From assembly GCA_045536865.1 (NCBI GenBank), contig JAZSOK010000163.1, positions 14,960 to 78,959 on the forward strand: a DNA stretch of 64,000 nucleotides, written 5' to 3'. A program made the position numbers and the translations under genes. This document shows positions 20,081 to 29,075 of this stretch, one piece after another (position 1 is the stretch's first letter; each line of letters starts with the position of its first letter). Under the pieces are notes generated by a model. The model searched no databases and had not been told where the DNA came from. It saw only the letters and a list, made by a program, of their open reading frames with translations. This DNA comes from Eubacteriales bacterium. GTDB taxonomy: Bacteria > Bacillota > Clostridia > Oscillospirales > CAG-272.

Positions 20081-21553
20081 ATGACGAAATGGAGCGCCGA
20101 AGGGCGCAGAGGATTTCACCTTTACAGTGTGGCGATGACGGTGTTAGTTCTTTGCTTAGTCGTCCTTTTGAACATGGCCGTGCAAGCACTTGCCGACCAT
20201 GAGGGATGGTATTTTTATACAAAAGAGCAGTACAGTCATGAGGCAAACGGTCTTCCCACCGATTATTTCGGCAACGTAGGAGATCGGCGCGTGAACGTCA
20301 TTTTCTGCATGGAGGAGGATGAACTTTCCAAAGAAGTCGCCAATAATCTCGTTTGGCAAACCGCCCGACAGATGGCGGACAGGTATACTTTTATTGACAT
20401 AAAAAACGTAAATATTTACTTAAATCCCGAGGAAGTTGAGCCGTATCGGTTGCCGAGCAATGCAAACGGCGCACAAACAGAGCCGCAGGCAATTACACGG
20501 GAGAGCGTTATTTTTGCAAGCGGCGACCGCCATATTGTGTTGAGCATGTCCGACTTCTTCTTTTTGGACGAGACCCGTTATATCGAATCGTATAACGGCG
20601 AGGAAACGATGGCATCGGCTTTGACGTACGTATTGAACGAAGAACGGCCGATTGCCGCCTTTACGACCGGCCACGGAGAGCAACTTTCCGCCGCCTACGC
20701 CGTGATGCTTTCCTATGTGGGATACGACGTCCGAACGGTCGATTTGACAAAAGAAGAACTTGATCCGAAAACGGAACTGCTGGTATGTATGAATCCGCTT
20801 TACGATTTTGAGAAAGCGGCAGAAAATAGCGGCTTGCGTACGGAAATGGAGCGCGTGGAGGAGTTTCTCTCCCGAAAAGGGCAATTCCAACTTTTCCGTG
20901 ATCCATACGTAGGAAAACTGCCGAGGCTCGATGCCCTGCTTAGGGCGTGGGGGTTGCAGGTAGAGGCAAGCGTGCTTTCCGCCGCCACCGCAAACGCCGT
21001 TTCTCCCGACGGGTATACGTTTATGCCCGATTTTGCCGACAACGCGTTTGCCTCACGCGTCTTTTCAAAAGTGAAAAGCGCAACGGATGCTCGCTTAATT
21101 GCCAAGGATGCAGGCGTTATTACAAAGGTCGATATACCGACAGGCGCACCGTCAACAGTAGTTTACTCGCTATTGACGGCGGGGGCAAATGCCACGCCTT
21201 ACGAACTGGGAGAGGCAGTTGCCGATGGCGGCGAATACATGTTCGCCGCGCTATCGGTACGTGACCAAGCGGAGGGTGGATCCGTTTTGCTTGTGAACGG
21301 CGTGTATTTGACGGCAAAAGACGTTTTGCAAAGCGATAACCGCGCAAACAGAGATTTCTTTTACGCGCTTCTCGCCGAAACTGCGGGCAAGCAGACGCCG
21401 CTTGGCGCAACAACGATGGTGTTTGAAAGCACGCTTCTTGAAGGGTTGACGATGGCAAAAGCCAATAGATACACGCGCATCCTTGTGTTGTGGGTGCCGC
21501 TTGCCGTTAGCCTCACGGGTGCCGTCGTGTTGCTTCGCCGCCGTCGCCGTTAA
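20081..21553 (+). CDS. GldG-like ABC-transporter auxiliary protein, paralogue 1
   Basis: N-terminal and C-terminal transmembrane anchors flank a large extracytoplasmic domain. Position after the ABC-2 permease. Divergent relative to paralogue 2. ATG 20081 follows GAGGAG. Confidence 0.65.
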   Translation: MTKWSAEGRRGFHLYSVAMTVLVLCLVVLLNMAVQALADHEGWYFYTKEQYSHEANGLPTDYFGNVGDRRVNVIFCMEEDELSKEVANNLVWQTARQMADRYTFIDIKNVNIYLNPEEVEPYRLPSNANGAQTEPQAITRESVIFASGDRHIVLSMSDFFFLDETRYIESYNGEETMASALTYVLNEERPIAAFTTGHGEQLSAAYAVMLSYVGYDVRTVDLTKEELDPKTELLVCMNPLYDFEKAAENSGLRTEMERVEEFLSRKGQFQLFRDPYVGKLPRLDALLRAWGLQVEASVLSAATANAVSPDGYTFMPDFADNAFASRVFSKVKSATDARLIAKDAGVITKVDIPTGAPSTVVYSLLTAGANATPYELGEAVADGGEYMFAALSVRDQAEGGSVLLVNGVYLTAKDVLQSDNRANRDFFYALLAETAGKQTPLGATTMVFESTLLEGLTMAKANRYTRILVLWVPLAVSLTGAVVLLRRRRR

Positions 21554-21602
21554 TGCGCTCGGCAGAGATCGCGGTGAATAAGAAACAAAGAAAGGATCAA
21601 CG

Positions 21603-23264
21603 GTGGCAACACCGACAAGGATAAAAGGCATGAATATACCAAAAATCGGACGAAGAAGCCTGTTTTACTTGACAACGGTACTGGTGATCGTTGCCCTCGT
21701 TGTGGCAAGCGTTGCTTTTCTGTTTTTGTCAGAGGCATATCACGCGCATATCGATTTGACGTCGGAAGGCCTTTACAGTATGACGGATGCCTTCAAGGAA
21801 GAACTTGATTCTATCGCCGATAAGGAAGTCAACATCCTCTTTTGTGCAAAGCCCGACGTGCTTCTTGCCGACGAGAGAACAAGAGTTGTCTATTATATGG
21901 CGGTTTCCATGTCACTTGCGTATGATAACATTCACGTAAAGACGGTGGACATTGCGCGCAACCCCAATGCGGTGCAGGCGTATAAGTCTACGTCGGCGAC
22001 GGAAATCCTTTGGAATTACGTCATTATTTCTACCGACAACGGTTATCGCGTGCGTAGCGCCGACTCTTTTTGGCTCATGGACGAGGGCGGCGAGAATGCG
22101 TGGTCCTATAACGGCGAATACGAGATGGCAACCGTTCTTCTTTCGCTATTGGCGCACGACAAGCCCAAGGTGTGCGTGACGTACGGGCACGGAGAGGCGT
22201 TGCCCGATGCGGCCAAACAGATGGCGTTTTACAAAATGATTCCCGACAAACTCAACGCAGAGGTTGTGTGGATAGATCTTGACAAGCAAGAAATTCCTTC
22301 CGATTGCGTTCTCTTGGTGATAAACGGTGCCAAGGAGGATTATTCGGCAAATATCAAGGATCATGACGGATATATACCCGGCAAGGACAATCCGGCGGCG
22401 TATTTCGACTACGTTTCGCCTATTGAAAAAATTGAACGCTATTTGGATAAATTCGGCTCGCTTTTGGTGTTGAAGGATCCTTTCGTGTCCCTGCCTGTTT
22501 TAGAGGATCTTTTAAGCGATTGGGGTATTACCTTTCAGGACGTACAGGTGCGCGAAGGCGCCGCGGGCGGCGGCGATCGCTTGACGGCGGTATACGCCGA
22601 CAGTGAGGAGCATGCGCTCGGGCATTCCCTTTATAATGCCATTGCAGATCTTCCCGCCGCGCCCGACGTGGTATTGAACGGCGCGGGGACAGTCGGCTCG
22701 TCTTGGGAGCCGGGGAGCCATGCGCTCTCCTCGGCGTACAGTGCGCTATATTCTCCCGTATTGCTTGCGGGCGATGACACGCGCACATATAATAAGGACG
22801 GTCTTTTGACGGACAACAAGGGCGGTTACCCCTTGGCCGCGGTGGTCAACCGTTGTTATACCAATCCTTACGATGGGACGACCCAATACACGTACGTGTT
22901 CGGGGCGGCAACAACGGCGCTCGTTTCGGATGAGTATATTGCGGATCAGGCATATGCGAACGGCGAGGTGATGTTCTCGGCCTTACGCACGATGACCAGT
23001 ACGCGCACGTATTCGGCAATGGATTTTTCCATCAACAACGATAATTACGGTGGAAAGATTTTGCGCGGTGACGGGATGTTTGAAGAGGATACTACCGTGT
23101 ATCTTTACGGAGAGTATACGGCGGCGGGAAAAACGCAATCCAAGAAATGCGCCGCGATGACGGATGCGTTAAAGCACGGCTACACCGTGGCCATTCTCGT
23201 CATCCCTGCCGTGACGGTGGCGGTCATCGGTATCTATTTCTGCACACGGCGCCGTCATCTCTGA
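21603..23264 (+). CDS. GldG-like ABC-transporter auxiliary protein, paralogue 2
   Basis: N-terminal transmembrane segment, then HIDLTSEGLYSMTDAFKEEL...VNILFC (family-typical DLT..LY.L motif), and a C-terminal transmembrane segment plus basic tail. The start may be ATG 21630. Confidence 0.78.
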   Translation: MATPTRIKGMNIPKIGRRSLFYLTTVLVIVALVVASVAFLFLSEAYHAHIDLTSEGLYSMTDAFKEELDSIADKEVNILFCAKPDVLLADERTRVVYYMAVSMSLAYDNIHVKTVDIARNPNAVQAYKSTSATEILWNYVIISTDNGYRVRSADSFWLMDEGGENAWSYNGEYEMATVLLSLLAHDKPKVCVTYGHGEALPDAAKQMAFYKMIPDKLNAEVVWIDLDKQEIPSDCVLLVINGAKEDYSANIKDHDGYIPGKDNPAAYFDYVSPIEKIERYLDKFGSLLVLKDPFVSLPVLEDLLSDWGITFQDVQVREGAAGGGDRLTAVYADSEEHALGHSLYNAIADLPAAPDVVLNGAGTVGSSWEPGSHALSSAYSALYSPVLLAGDDTRTYNKDGLLTDNKGGYPLAAVVNRCYTNPYDGTTQYTYVFGAATTALVSDEYIADQAYANGEVMFSALRTMTSTRTYSAMDFSINNDNYGGKILRGDGMFEEDTTVYLYGEYTAAGKTQSKKCAAMTDALKHGYTVAILVIPAVTVAVIGIYFCTRRRHL

Positions 23265-23304
23265 TAAAAAGCATTGACACCACAAGAAAGGAAACACCTT
23301 TTTT

Positions 23305-25221
23305 ATGATAAGAAGGGCAAAAAGAAACAGGTGGCATCTGGTAGCAGCACTTTTTTCTGTCGTTGTCATCGGTTTCGTGTTGTATTTTAGCGTACTGCGT
23401 CCGTATACGCAAGGAGAGGAAAGCACGGAGGCAGAAACCATCGACAAGGAAGGCGAAGAAAGCGAGCAGTACGGCACGCGCCTTTTGTACGATGCCATCA
23501 CGCGAAAAGAAATGCAAGAAATTACCGTTTTCAACGGAGAGCATACCTATACGTTTGCCAGACGGCGCGCGGCGGATCCGACGTCGAATTTCATTCTCAA
23601 CGTAGACGGCAAGGACTTTTCTCATATTACCTTTAACGATGAAAAGTTTGCCTCTCTCGTTGTGTCTGTGGGTACAACATACGTGGAGGAGCGTCTGATT
23701 GATAACGAAACGCTTGCTTCGTCAGACGAGGCGACACGCGAGAAAATTTATGCCAAATACGGCTTGGACAAGGCGTCCTCACCTGCTTATTTTGAAGTAA
23801 AGCGCTTTGAAAAAACCATCAAGGACGGCAAGGACGTCGTGACGTACGAAACGTTTCGTGTGTACGTGGGCAACATGACTGTTTCGGGCACGGGCTACTA
23901 TCTTCGTTACAATAACAGCCACGCCGTGTACGTCAGCAATTCCCCCACCGTTGGCACGGTCGTTTGTGCAAAGCCTGCTTATTATGCAAACTTAACATTA
24001 CAAGCCTCTTATCAAGAAAGCGGCGAGTATTTAATGAAAGACGTGACCCTTTGGCAGGGGGATGACGCGGAGGGCGCACCTGTTTCTGCCGAGGATACCG
24101 TTCGCGTGATCTATGCGCGCTTGGGCGCAGACGGCAAGCCGAATAAGGACGGCTATGTCAAAGGAACCATCAATTTGAGAACTGCCGGTGAAAGCATGGT
24201 CGATGCGTTGGCGGGCAAGCATGTCGGTGACGGGGATATCACGGTGACGGTTCCGCCCGAGGCGAGCGCCGCCGATCAAACGGATATCGTCTATCACATT
24301 CAAGAGATTGTCGCCGTAGACAAACTGCGCCTGAACTACAATTTTGTCAATCAAAGCGAAAGAGACCTCTTTTCGAGTGCCGTCGTATATCGCTTCGGCG
24401 CACCCGCTTCGCTCGTTTCTTATATTGCAAATTCCAATGCGTGCATGAGCGTTGCGGAACTTATGAAAAATTTTGAAGCAACGGAGATCGTCGAACTCGG
24501 CGTTACCGATGAAGTGCTTGAAAAATACGGTTTGTACGCGCACACGCTGTACCTTGAAATGCCGATGAAGGTGGCTTACAGTAAAGAGCCGGGCAAAGAA
24601 AACGACTACGTGGTCGAAGGGTATCTTCCCAATTATCTTTATTTTAGCGACGTTACGGAGGAAGGAACGCGCTACGTGGCAAGCATGGCATATGAAGTTG
24701 TCGGCGTTATTGACGCGGACGCGGTTTCTTTCCTTGACAGCGATTATTCCCATTGGATAGACCGCTACATGTTCATGGTCCATTTTAACGACGTGGCGAA
24801 AATGGAGTTTGATTTTGGTTATCTCGACCACGACGTCACGTACAAATTCTTTTTAAGACATCTTTTTGATGCAAAAGGGAATGTCTCACACCTGGTGACG
24901 ACGGCGGGCGGAGCAATAGACACAAACGCCTTTGGACAGGTGTATTCTTCCTTACTCAATATGCAATATCTCGGGCTTTACGAGGGCGATAAAACGGCGG
25001 TGATGGCCGATCCGTCCGGGCGCTTGCTCAGTCTTTGTGTCACGCTTACCGACGGTAGCACGCGGCAATACGATTTTTATGCGTATAGCGAACGGCATGC
25101 TTTGGTCGCCATCGACGGCCAAGCGCACTTCTTCGTGCAGTCACCGAAAATAAAGAAACTGGCGTCCGACATTCTACTCGTTTTGCAAGGGAAAATGCCA
25201 GATTACGAGAAACTTTATTAA
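23305..25221 (+). CDS. DUF4340-like membrane-anchored protein
   Basis: 638 aa with a single N-terminal transmembrane segment. The position after gldG-like genes is typical for DUF4340. Assignment is by context and architecture only. Confidence 0.5.
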   Translation: MIRRAKRNRWHLVAALFSVVVIGFVLYFSVLRPYTQGEESTEAETIDKEGEESEQYGTRLLYDAITRKEMQEITVFNGEHTYTFARRRAADPTSNFILNVDGKDFSHITFNDEKFASLVVSVGTTYVEERLIDNETLASSDEATREKIYAKYGLDKASSPAYFEVKRFEKTIKDGKDVVTYETFRVYVGNMTVSGTGYYLRYNNSHAVYVSNSPTVGTVVCAKPAYYANLTLQASYQESGEYLMKDVTLWQGDDAEGAPVSAEDTVRVIYARLGADGKPNKDGYVKGTINLRTAGESMVDALAGKHVGDGDITVTVPPEASAADQTDIVYHIQEIVAVDKLRLNYNFVNQSERDLFSSAVVYRFGAPASLVSYIANSNACMSVAELMKNFEATEIVELGVTDEVLEKYGLYAHTLYLEMPMKVAYSKEPGKENDYVVEGYLPNYLYFSDVTEEGTRYVASMAYEVVGVIDADAVSFLDSDYSHWIDRYMFMVHFNDVAKMEFDFGYLDHDVTYKFFLRHLFDAKGNVSHLVTTAGGAIDTNAFGQVYSSLLNMQYLGLYEGDKTAVMADPSGRLLSLCVTLTDGSTRQYDFYAYSERHALVAIDGQAHFFVQSPKIKKLASDILLVLQGKMPDYEKLY

Positions 25222-25468
25222 ATTAAGAGCTTTTCGAAAATTTGACAAACGTTGGCGACTTTTGCTTTTGAAGGTGCCGATTTTGCTACTGTTTTGAAAA
25301 AAACAAAAATAATTGTGATGAAATTATAAAAATTTTAAAAAAACATTTGCAATTCAAAAAAAATATGGTATAATGAAGAAGTATGAATTACCCGTTTGTT
25401 TCTTTAAGCACGAAGGGCGTTTTTTCAGACGAATGTTAACAATAATAGCAAAGCAGGAGATTTATGGT

Positions 25469-26905
25469 ATGAAGAACAGAAAAGCAGTTGCTTTGTCGGC
25501 AGCACTTTTAGTTTTGACCATGCTGTTCACAGCATGCGCAAGTTCAGGATTTGATTATGACGACGACATGTCGCCTTACGTCACTCTTGATGCGGCGAAA
25601 TACACAAAAGCGGCAATCACCGTGGGCAAGGAGCCTGTCGTTGATGCGGAATTGATTGGACAACAGATTGGCCAAAATGCATCAAGCGCTTGGTCTTTTG
25701 ATGCCGCATCCAAGTCGGATAAATATGTGAAGGGTGAAGCGACGACGGAGCACGCACTCGCGTTCATTCGTTATTACGGCGTGACCACAGAGGACGGCAA
25801 GCCGTTTGCCGGTGGTTCCAGCATTGCCGCCGGAAAGCCCACCGCATTGCTTCTTGGCTCGGGCACTTTCGTTGAGGGCTTTGAAGAGCAACTTATCGGC
25901 TTAAAACCCTCCGATACGTCCTTTTCTTCTACCAAGGCGACCTTGACGGGCGAGGAGATCGTTTATATTACGGCAAAGGCAAGTTATACCGTGCCTGCGG
26001 CAACGGAGGGCGGCAAGGACACAACGACCGCCTATAACGATTACACCTTCACCAACCGTCGTATCGACCTTTCTGCCGATTCCGATCCTTTGGCGGTTCT
26101 TTTCCGTGATGCCGCTAAGACAAACGGCGTTGGCAAGGAGTTCAAGGTGACCGACAAGGTGGAAATTGACGGAACGGAACGCACGGTCAACGTTACCGCA
26201 ACTGTAAATTATGTGGTAAAGGATAAGGCTATTAGCGTAAAATTCCCCGACGATTATCATCAGGAATCCTTGCAGGGCAAGTATGCAACCTTCTTTGTGG
26301 TGATTGACGGTTATTTGCCTTTTGCAACCGTTGCCGAAAAACTCGGTGACGACGGCAAGGCATTTACCGTTTCTGCCGGCGAAGATTTGTATACCAAGTA
26401 TACCGAAAAGGTAAAGAAGACTCTTGAAGAAAACTATGCCGCAAACATCGTTGCAAACCGTCGCAACGCCATTTGGGACTATTTGCAGGCTAACGCAAAG
26501 GTAGAGGCACCTCTCGATTTGCTTACCGCTTACTATGCGGAGGCAGAGGAAAATCTTCGTTACACCTATAAGCACGGCACTCTTTACGGCTCCATTCCGT
26601 ATAGCAGTATTTATGAATCCTTTGAGAAAATGGTTATCGCCCAACTCGGCGGCAACGATTGGCAAAAGGAATTGAATAAGAAGTGCGAAGAGGAGATTTG
26701 CGAGCGCATTCTTCTTCACTACATGGCAGACGTTTTGAAGGTTAGCGTAAGCGACGCAGAGATCGAAGCCGCACTGAATAAACAGGCAGAGTTAGGCTAT
26801 AACCTTGAAGATTATGAAGAAGCAGTCGGAGAATCGCTTCTTTGGGAAAAGGTAACCGAAAAGCTGGACAACGCGGCGTATATCACGGTTACGGAAGCAA
26901 AATAA
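25469..26905 (+). CDS. Lipoprotein, trigger-factor-like (FKBP PPIase + TF C-terminal-like region, no ribosome-binding domain), paralogue 1
   Basis: Lipobox LFTAC. LLGSGTFVEGFEEQLIGLKPSD and KFPDDYHQESLQGKYATFFVVI match the trigger-factor PPIase-domain motifs (E. coli GQGRMIPGFEDGIKG / [21 protein letters not shown]). Start at ATG 25469 after AGGAGA. Confidence 0.8.
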   Translation: MKNRKAVALSAALLVLTMLFTACASSGFDYDDDMSPYVTLDAAKYTKAAITVGKEPVVDAELIGQQIGQNASSAWSFDAASKSDKYVKGEATTEHALAFIRYYGVTTEDGKPFAGGSSIAAGKPTALLLGSGTFVEGFEEQLIGLKPSDTSFSSTKATLTGEEIVYITAKASYTVPAATEGGKDTTTAYNDYTFTNRRIDLSADSDPLAVLFRDAAKTNGVGKEFKVTDKVEIDGTERTVNVTATVNYVVKDKAISVKFPDDYHQESLQGKYATFFVVIDGYLPFATVAEKLGDDGKAFTVSAGEDLYTKYTEKVKKTLEENYAANIVANRRNAIWDYLQANAKVEAPLDLLTAYYAEAEENLRYTYKHGTLYGSIPYSSIYESFEKMVIAQLGGNDWQKELNKKCEEEICERILLHYMADVLKVSVSDAEIEAALNKQAELGYNLEDYEEAVGESLLWEKVTEKLDNAAYITVTEAK

Positions 26906-26947
26906 TTCAAGGGCGATTGCCGATTACAAATTCATAGTATGAGCGAA

Positions 26948-26977
26948 AGACGGAAAATTAATATGATTTTCCGTCTT
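26948..26977 (+). terminator. Intrinsic terminator
   Basis: agacggaaaat-N8-attttccgtct followed by ttgatttt. Confidence 0.6.
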
Positions 26978-26993
26978 TGATTTTAGGTGACAA

Positions 26994-27431
26994 ATGAAAC
27001 ACGTGGATTTATATACAGACGGCGCGTGCCGCGGAAATCCCGGTCCCGGTGGCTGGGGCGCGATTTTGGTTTACGAGGGGCACGAACTTCCTCTTTCGGG
27101 CGGCGAACCCGAAACAACCAATAACAGAATGGAATTAACCGCGGCGATAGAGGGGTTACAAAGGTTGAAGGAGCCTTGCTCCGTGACACTATATACCGAT
27201 TCAAAATATCTTTCGGACGCGATTACGCTCGGTTGGGCAAAGGCGTGGCGCGCAAAAGGTTGGAAGCGCGGCAAAGAGCCTGCAAAAAACCCCGATTTGT
27301 GGGAAAGGCTTCTCCTGTTGCTTGAAAAGCACGAGGTGACTTTTGTATGGGTGCGCGGACATGCAGGGCACGCCTACAACGAGCGATGTGACGCTCTGGC
27401 AACGGCGGCGGCGGACGGCTTTCGACGGTAA
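26994..27431 (+). CDS. rnhA: Ribonuclease HI
   Basis: [20 protein letters not shown]...TNNRMEL...DSKY...[14 protein letters not shown] is the canonical RNase H1 catalytic DEDD context. Confidence 0.93.
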   Translation: MKHVDLYTDGACRGNPGPGGWGAILVYEGHELPLSGGEPETTNNRMELTAAIEGLQRLKEPCSVTLYTDSKYLSDAITLGWAKAWRAKGWKRGKEPAKNPDLWERLLLLLEKHEVTFVWVRGHAGHAYNERCDALATAAADGFRR

Positions 27432-27505
27432 CGGCAGAGATGACGTTTTTGATTAGGTCTGCATATAATGAAAGATTTTCACTGTGAGAAAGGAATGGAA
27501 CGAAA

Positions 27506-29035
27506 ATGAAAAAAAGAATAATGGCGCTTTTATTAGCGGCAGTGATGCTCGTCCTTTTTGTCGGATGCGGCAACGAGGGGTTTGATTATACAAAATCGGA
27601 TCTTTCGAAGTACATAACCTTAAACCGCGAGCAGTATATAGGACAAACCGTGGAAATTGAATACCCCGACGTGGTGGACGATGCGTTTATTGACGCCTAC
27701 GTGCGTGAAAACATTCTGATCCCCAACAAGGTGAACGTCTATGTGACGAACAGGGAAACCAAAAAAGACGATATCGTCGGTCTTTATTACCGTGCGACAA
27801 CCGAAAAGGACGGTAAGACGGTTGAACTTTTGACCAATATCACGAGCGCGAACGAAGCACAGTATAAAATCGGAAGCAATTCCCTTAAATTCGGTGAGGA
27901 CTTTGACAAGGCACTTGTCGGGTTGCCCATGACACATACGTTGACCAAGAAAACAACGGGTGAAATAAAAGAGGGCGACACCATTTACGTCGCTTACAGT
28001 TACCGCTATGCAGTGGTGAGCGCGGATGGAAAAACAAGTTACAAGAGCATCTCGCAAACGAAGCCCGTCTGTTGGAATCTTTCAGAAATGAAGGCGGATG
28101 CCGCTTATGGCGAGGGCTTTGTCGATTCTCTTGTGGGAAAATCCATCGGCACAACACACGTGATAAAAGCCGGTTTTGACGCCAATAACGACGGAACGGT
28201 TGACGAAGTTACTTTCGACTTGACGGTCGGCTTTGCCACCGAGGAGACGCCCGCGACCTTCAAGGTTACTTATCCCGACGATGCCGAGGTTTCGGAATTC
28301 AAGGGAAAAGACGTCACCTTCCAGGTATTTGTAAGCGGCATATCGGCAACGGCAAAAGAACTGTTGACGGAAAAGATCGTTACAGAAACGATTGGTTACG
28401 TTGCCAAGGAAGAGGACAAGGGGAAGGTTGTCGAGGCATACCTTCGTGATCTGAAAAAATCGTTGGAGGAAAGCCGCGCCGCCGCCATCAAGACCGAAGC
28501 CGTTTCCGTCCTTTGGGAGCGTCTTGCCAAGGAGGCAAAAATTCTCGATCTTCCGCAAGCGGTTTTGAATTACTACTATGACATGCAATACGAGGAGGCT
28601 CGTGCCGCCTTTGACAAAAACAAAAACAACATTGACGTGCAGAGTTTAGACGAGTTTTTACGGACCTACTACGATATGCCGAAGGACAAAACCTATCAGG
28701 TGTATTTCGAAGAGGTGGCAAAGGAACAGGCAATTTCACAGTTGATCTATTATACCATTGTCCGCCGTGAGAATATCGAGGTCACGAAAGAGGAGTATAA
28801 GAAGGCTCGTCCCGATTACATTGCACAGATGATTTATTCGCAGTCGCTCAATTATTATCAAACCTACGGTCAGTACGTGGAGTTCACCGAAAGCGATATC
28901 GTCAGTGCGTACGGCGAGGAATACATTGAGGCGAGCGTACGCAATTCCATTTTGACACAAAAGGTGGAAGATTTTCTCTACGACAATCTGACCGTGAAGG
29001 AAAAGGTCGAAGATACCCCCGCAACGTCCAAATAA
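27506..29035 (+). CDS. Lipoprotein, trigger-factor-like, paralogue 2 (divergent PPIase motif)
   Basis: Lipobox LFVGC. Shares the N-terminal GFDY...YITL motif with the other two paralogues. KIGSNSLKFGEDFDKALVG and TYPDDAEVSEFKGKDVTFQVFV align with the TF motifs but are degenerate. Confidence 0.7.
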   Translation: MKKRIMALLLAAVMLVLFVGCGNEGFDYTKSDLSKYITLNREQYIGQTVEIEYPDVVDDAFIDAYVRENILIPNKVNVYVTNRETKKDDIVGLYYRATTEKDGKTVELLTNITSANEAQYKIGSNSLKFGEDFDKALVGLPMTHTLTKKTTGEIKEGDTIYVAYSYRYAVVSADGKTSYKSISQTKPVCWNLSEMKADAAYGEGFVDSLVGKSIGTTHVIKAGFDANNDGTVDEVTFDLTVGFATEETPATFKVTYPDDAEVSEFKGKDVTFQVFVSGISATAKELLTEKIVTETIGYVAKEEDKGKVVEAYLRDLKKSLEESRAAAIKTEAVSVLWERLAKEAKILDLPQAVLNYYYDMQYEEARAAFDKNKNNIDVQSLDEFLRTYYDMPKDKTYQVYFEEVAKEQAISQLIYYTIVRRENIEVTKEEYKKARPDYIAQMIYSQSLNYYQTYGQYVEFTESDIVSAYGEEYIEASVRNSILTQKVEDFLYDNLTVKEKVEDTPATSK

Positions 29036-29075
29036 GGACAACTTTTAGTTACGCATTAAACAAGGAGGAAGACAG

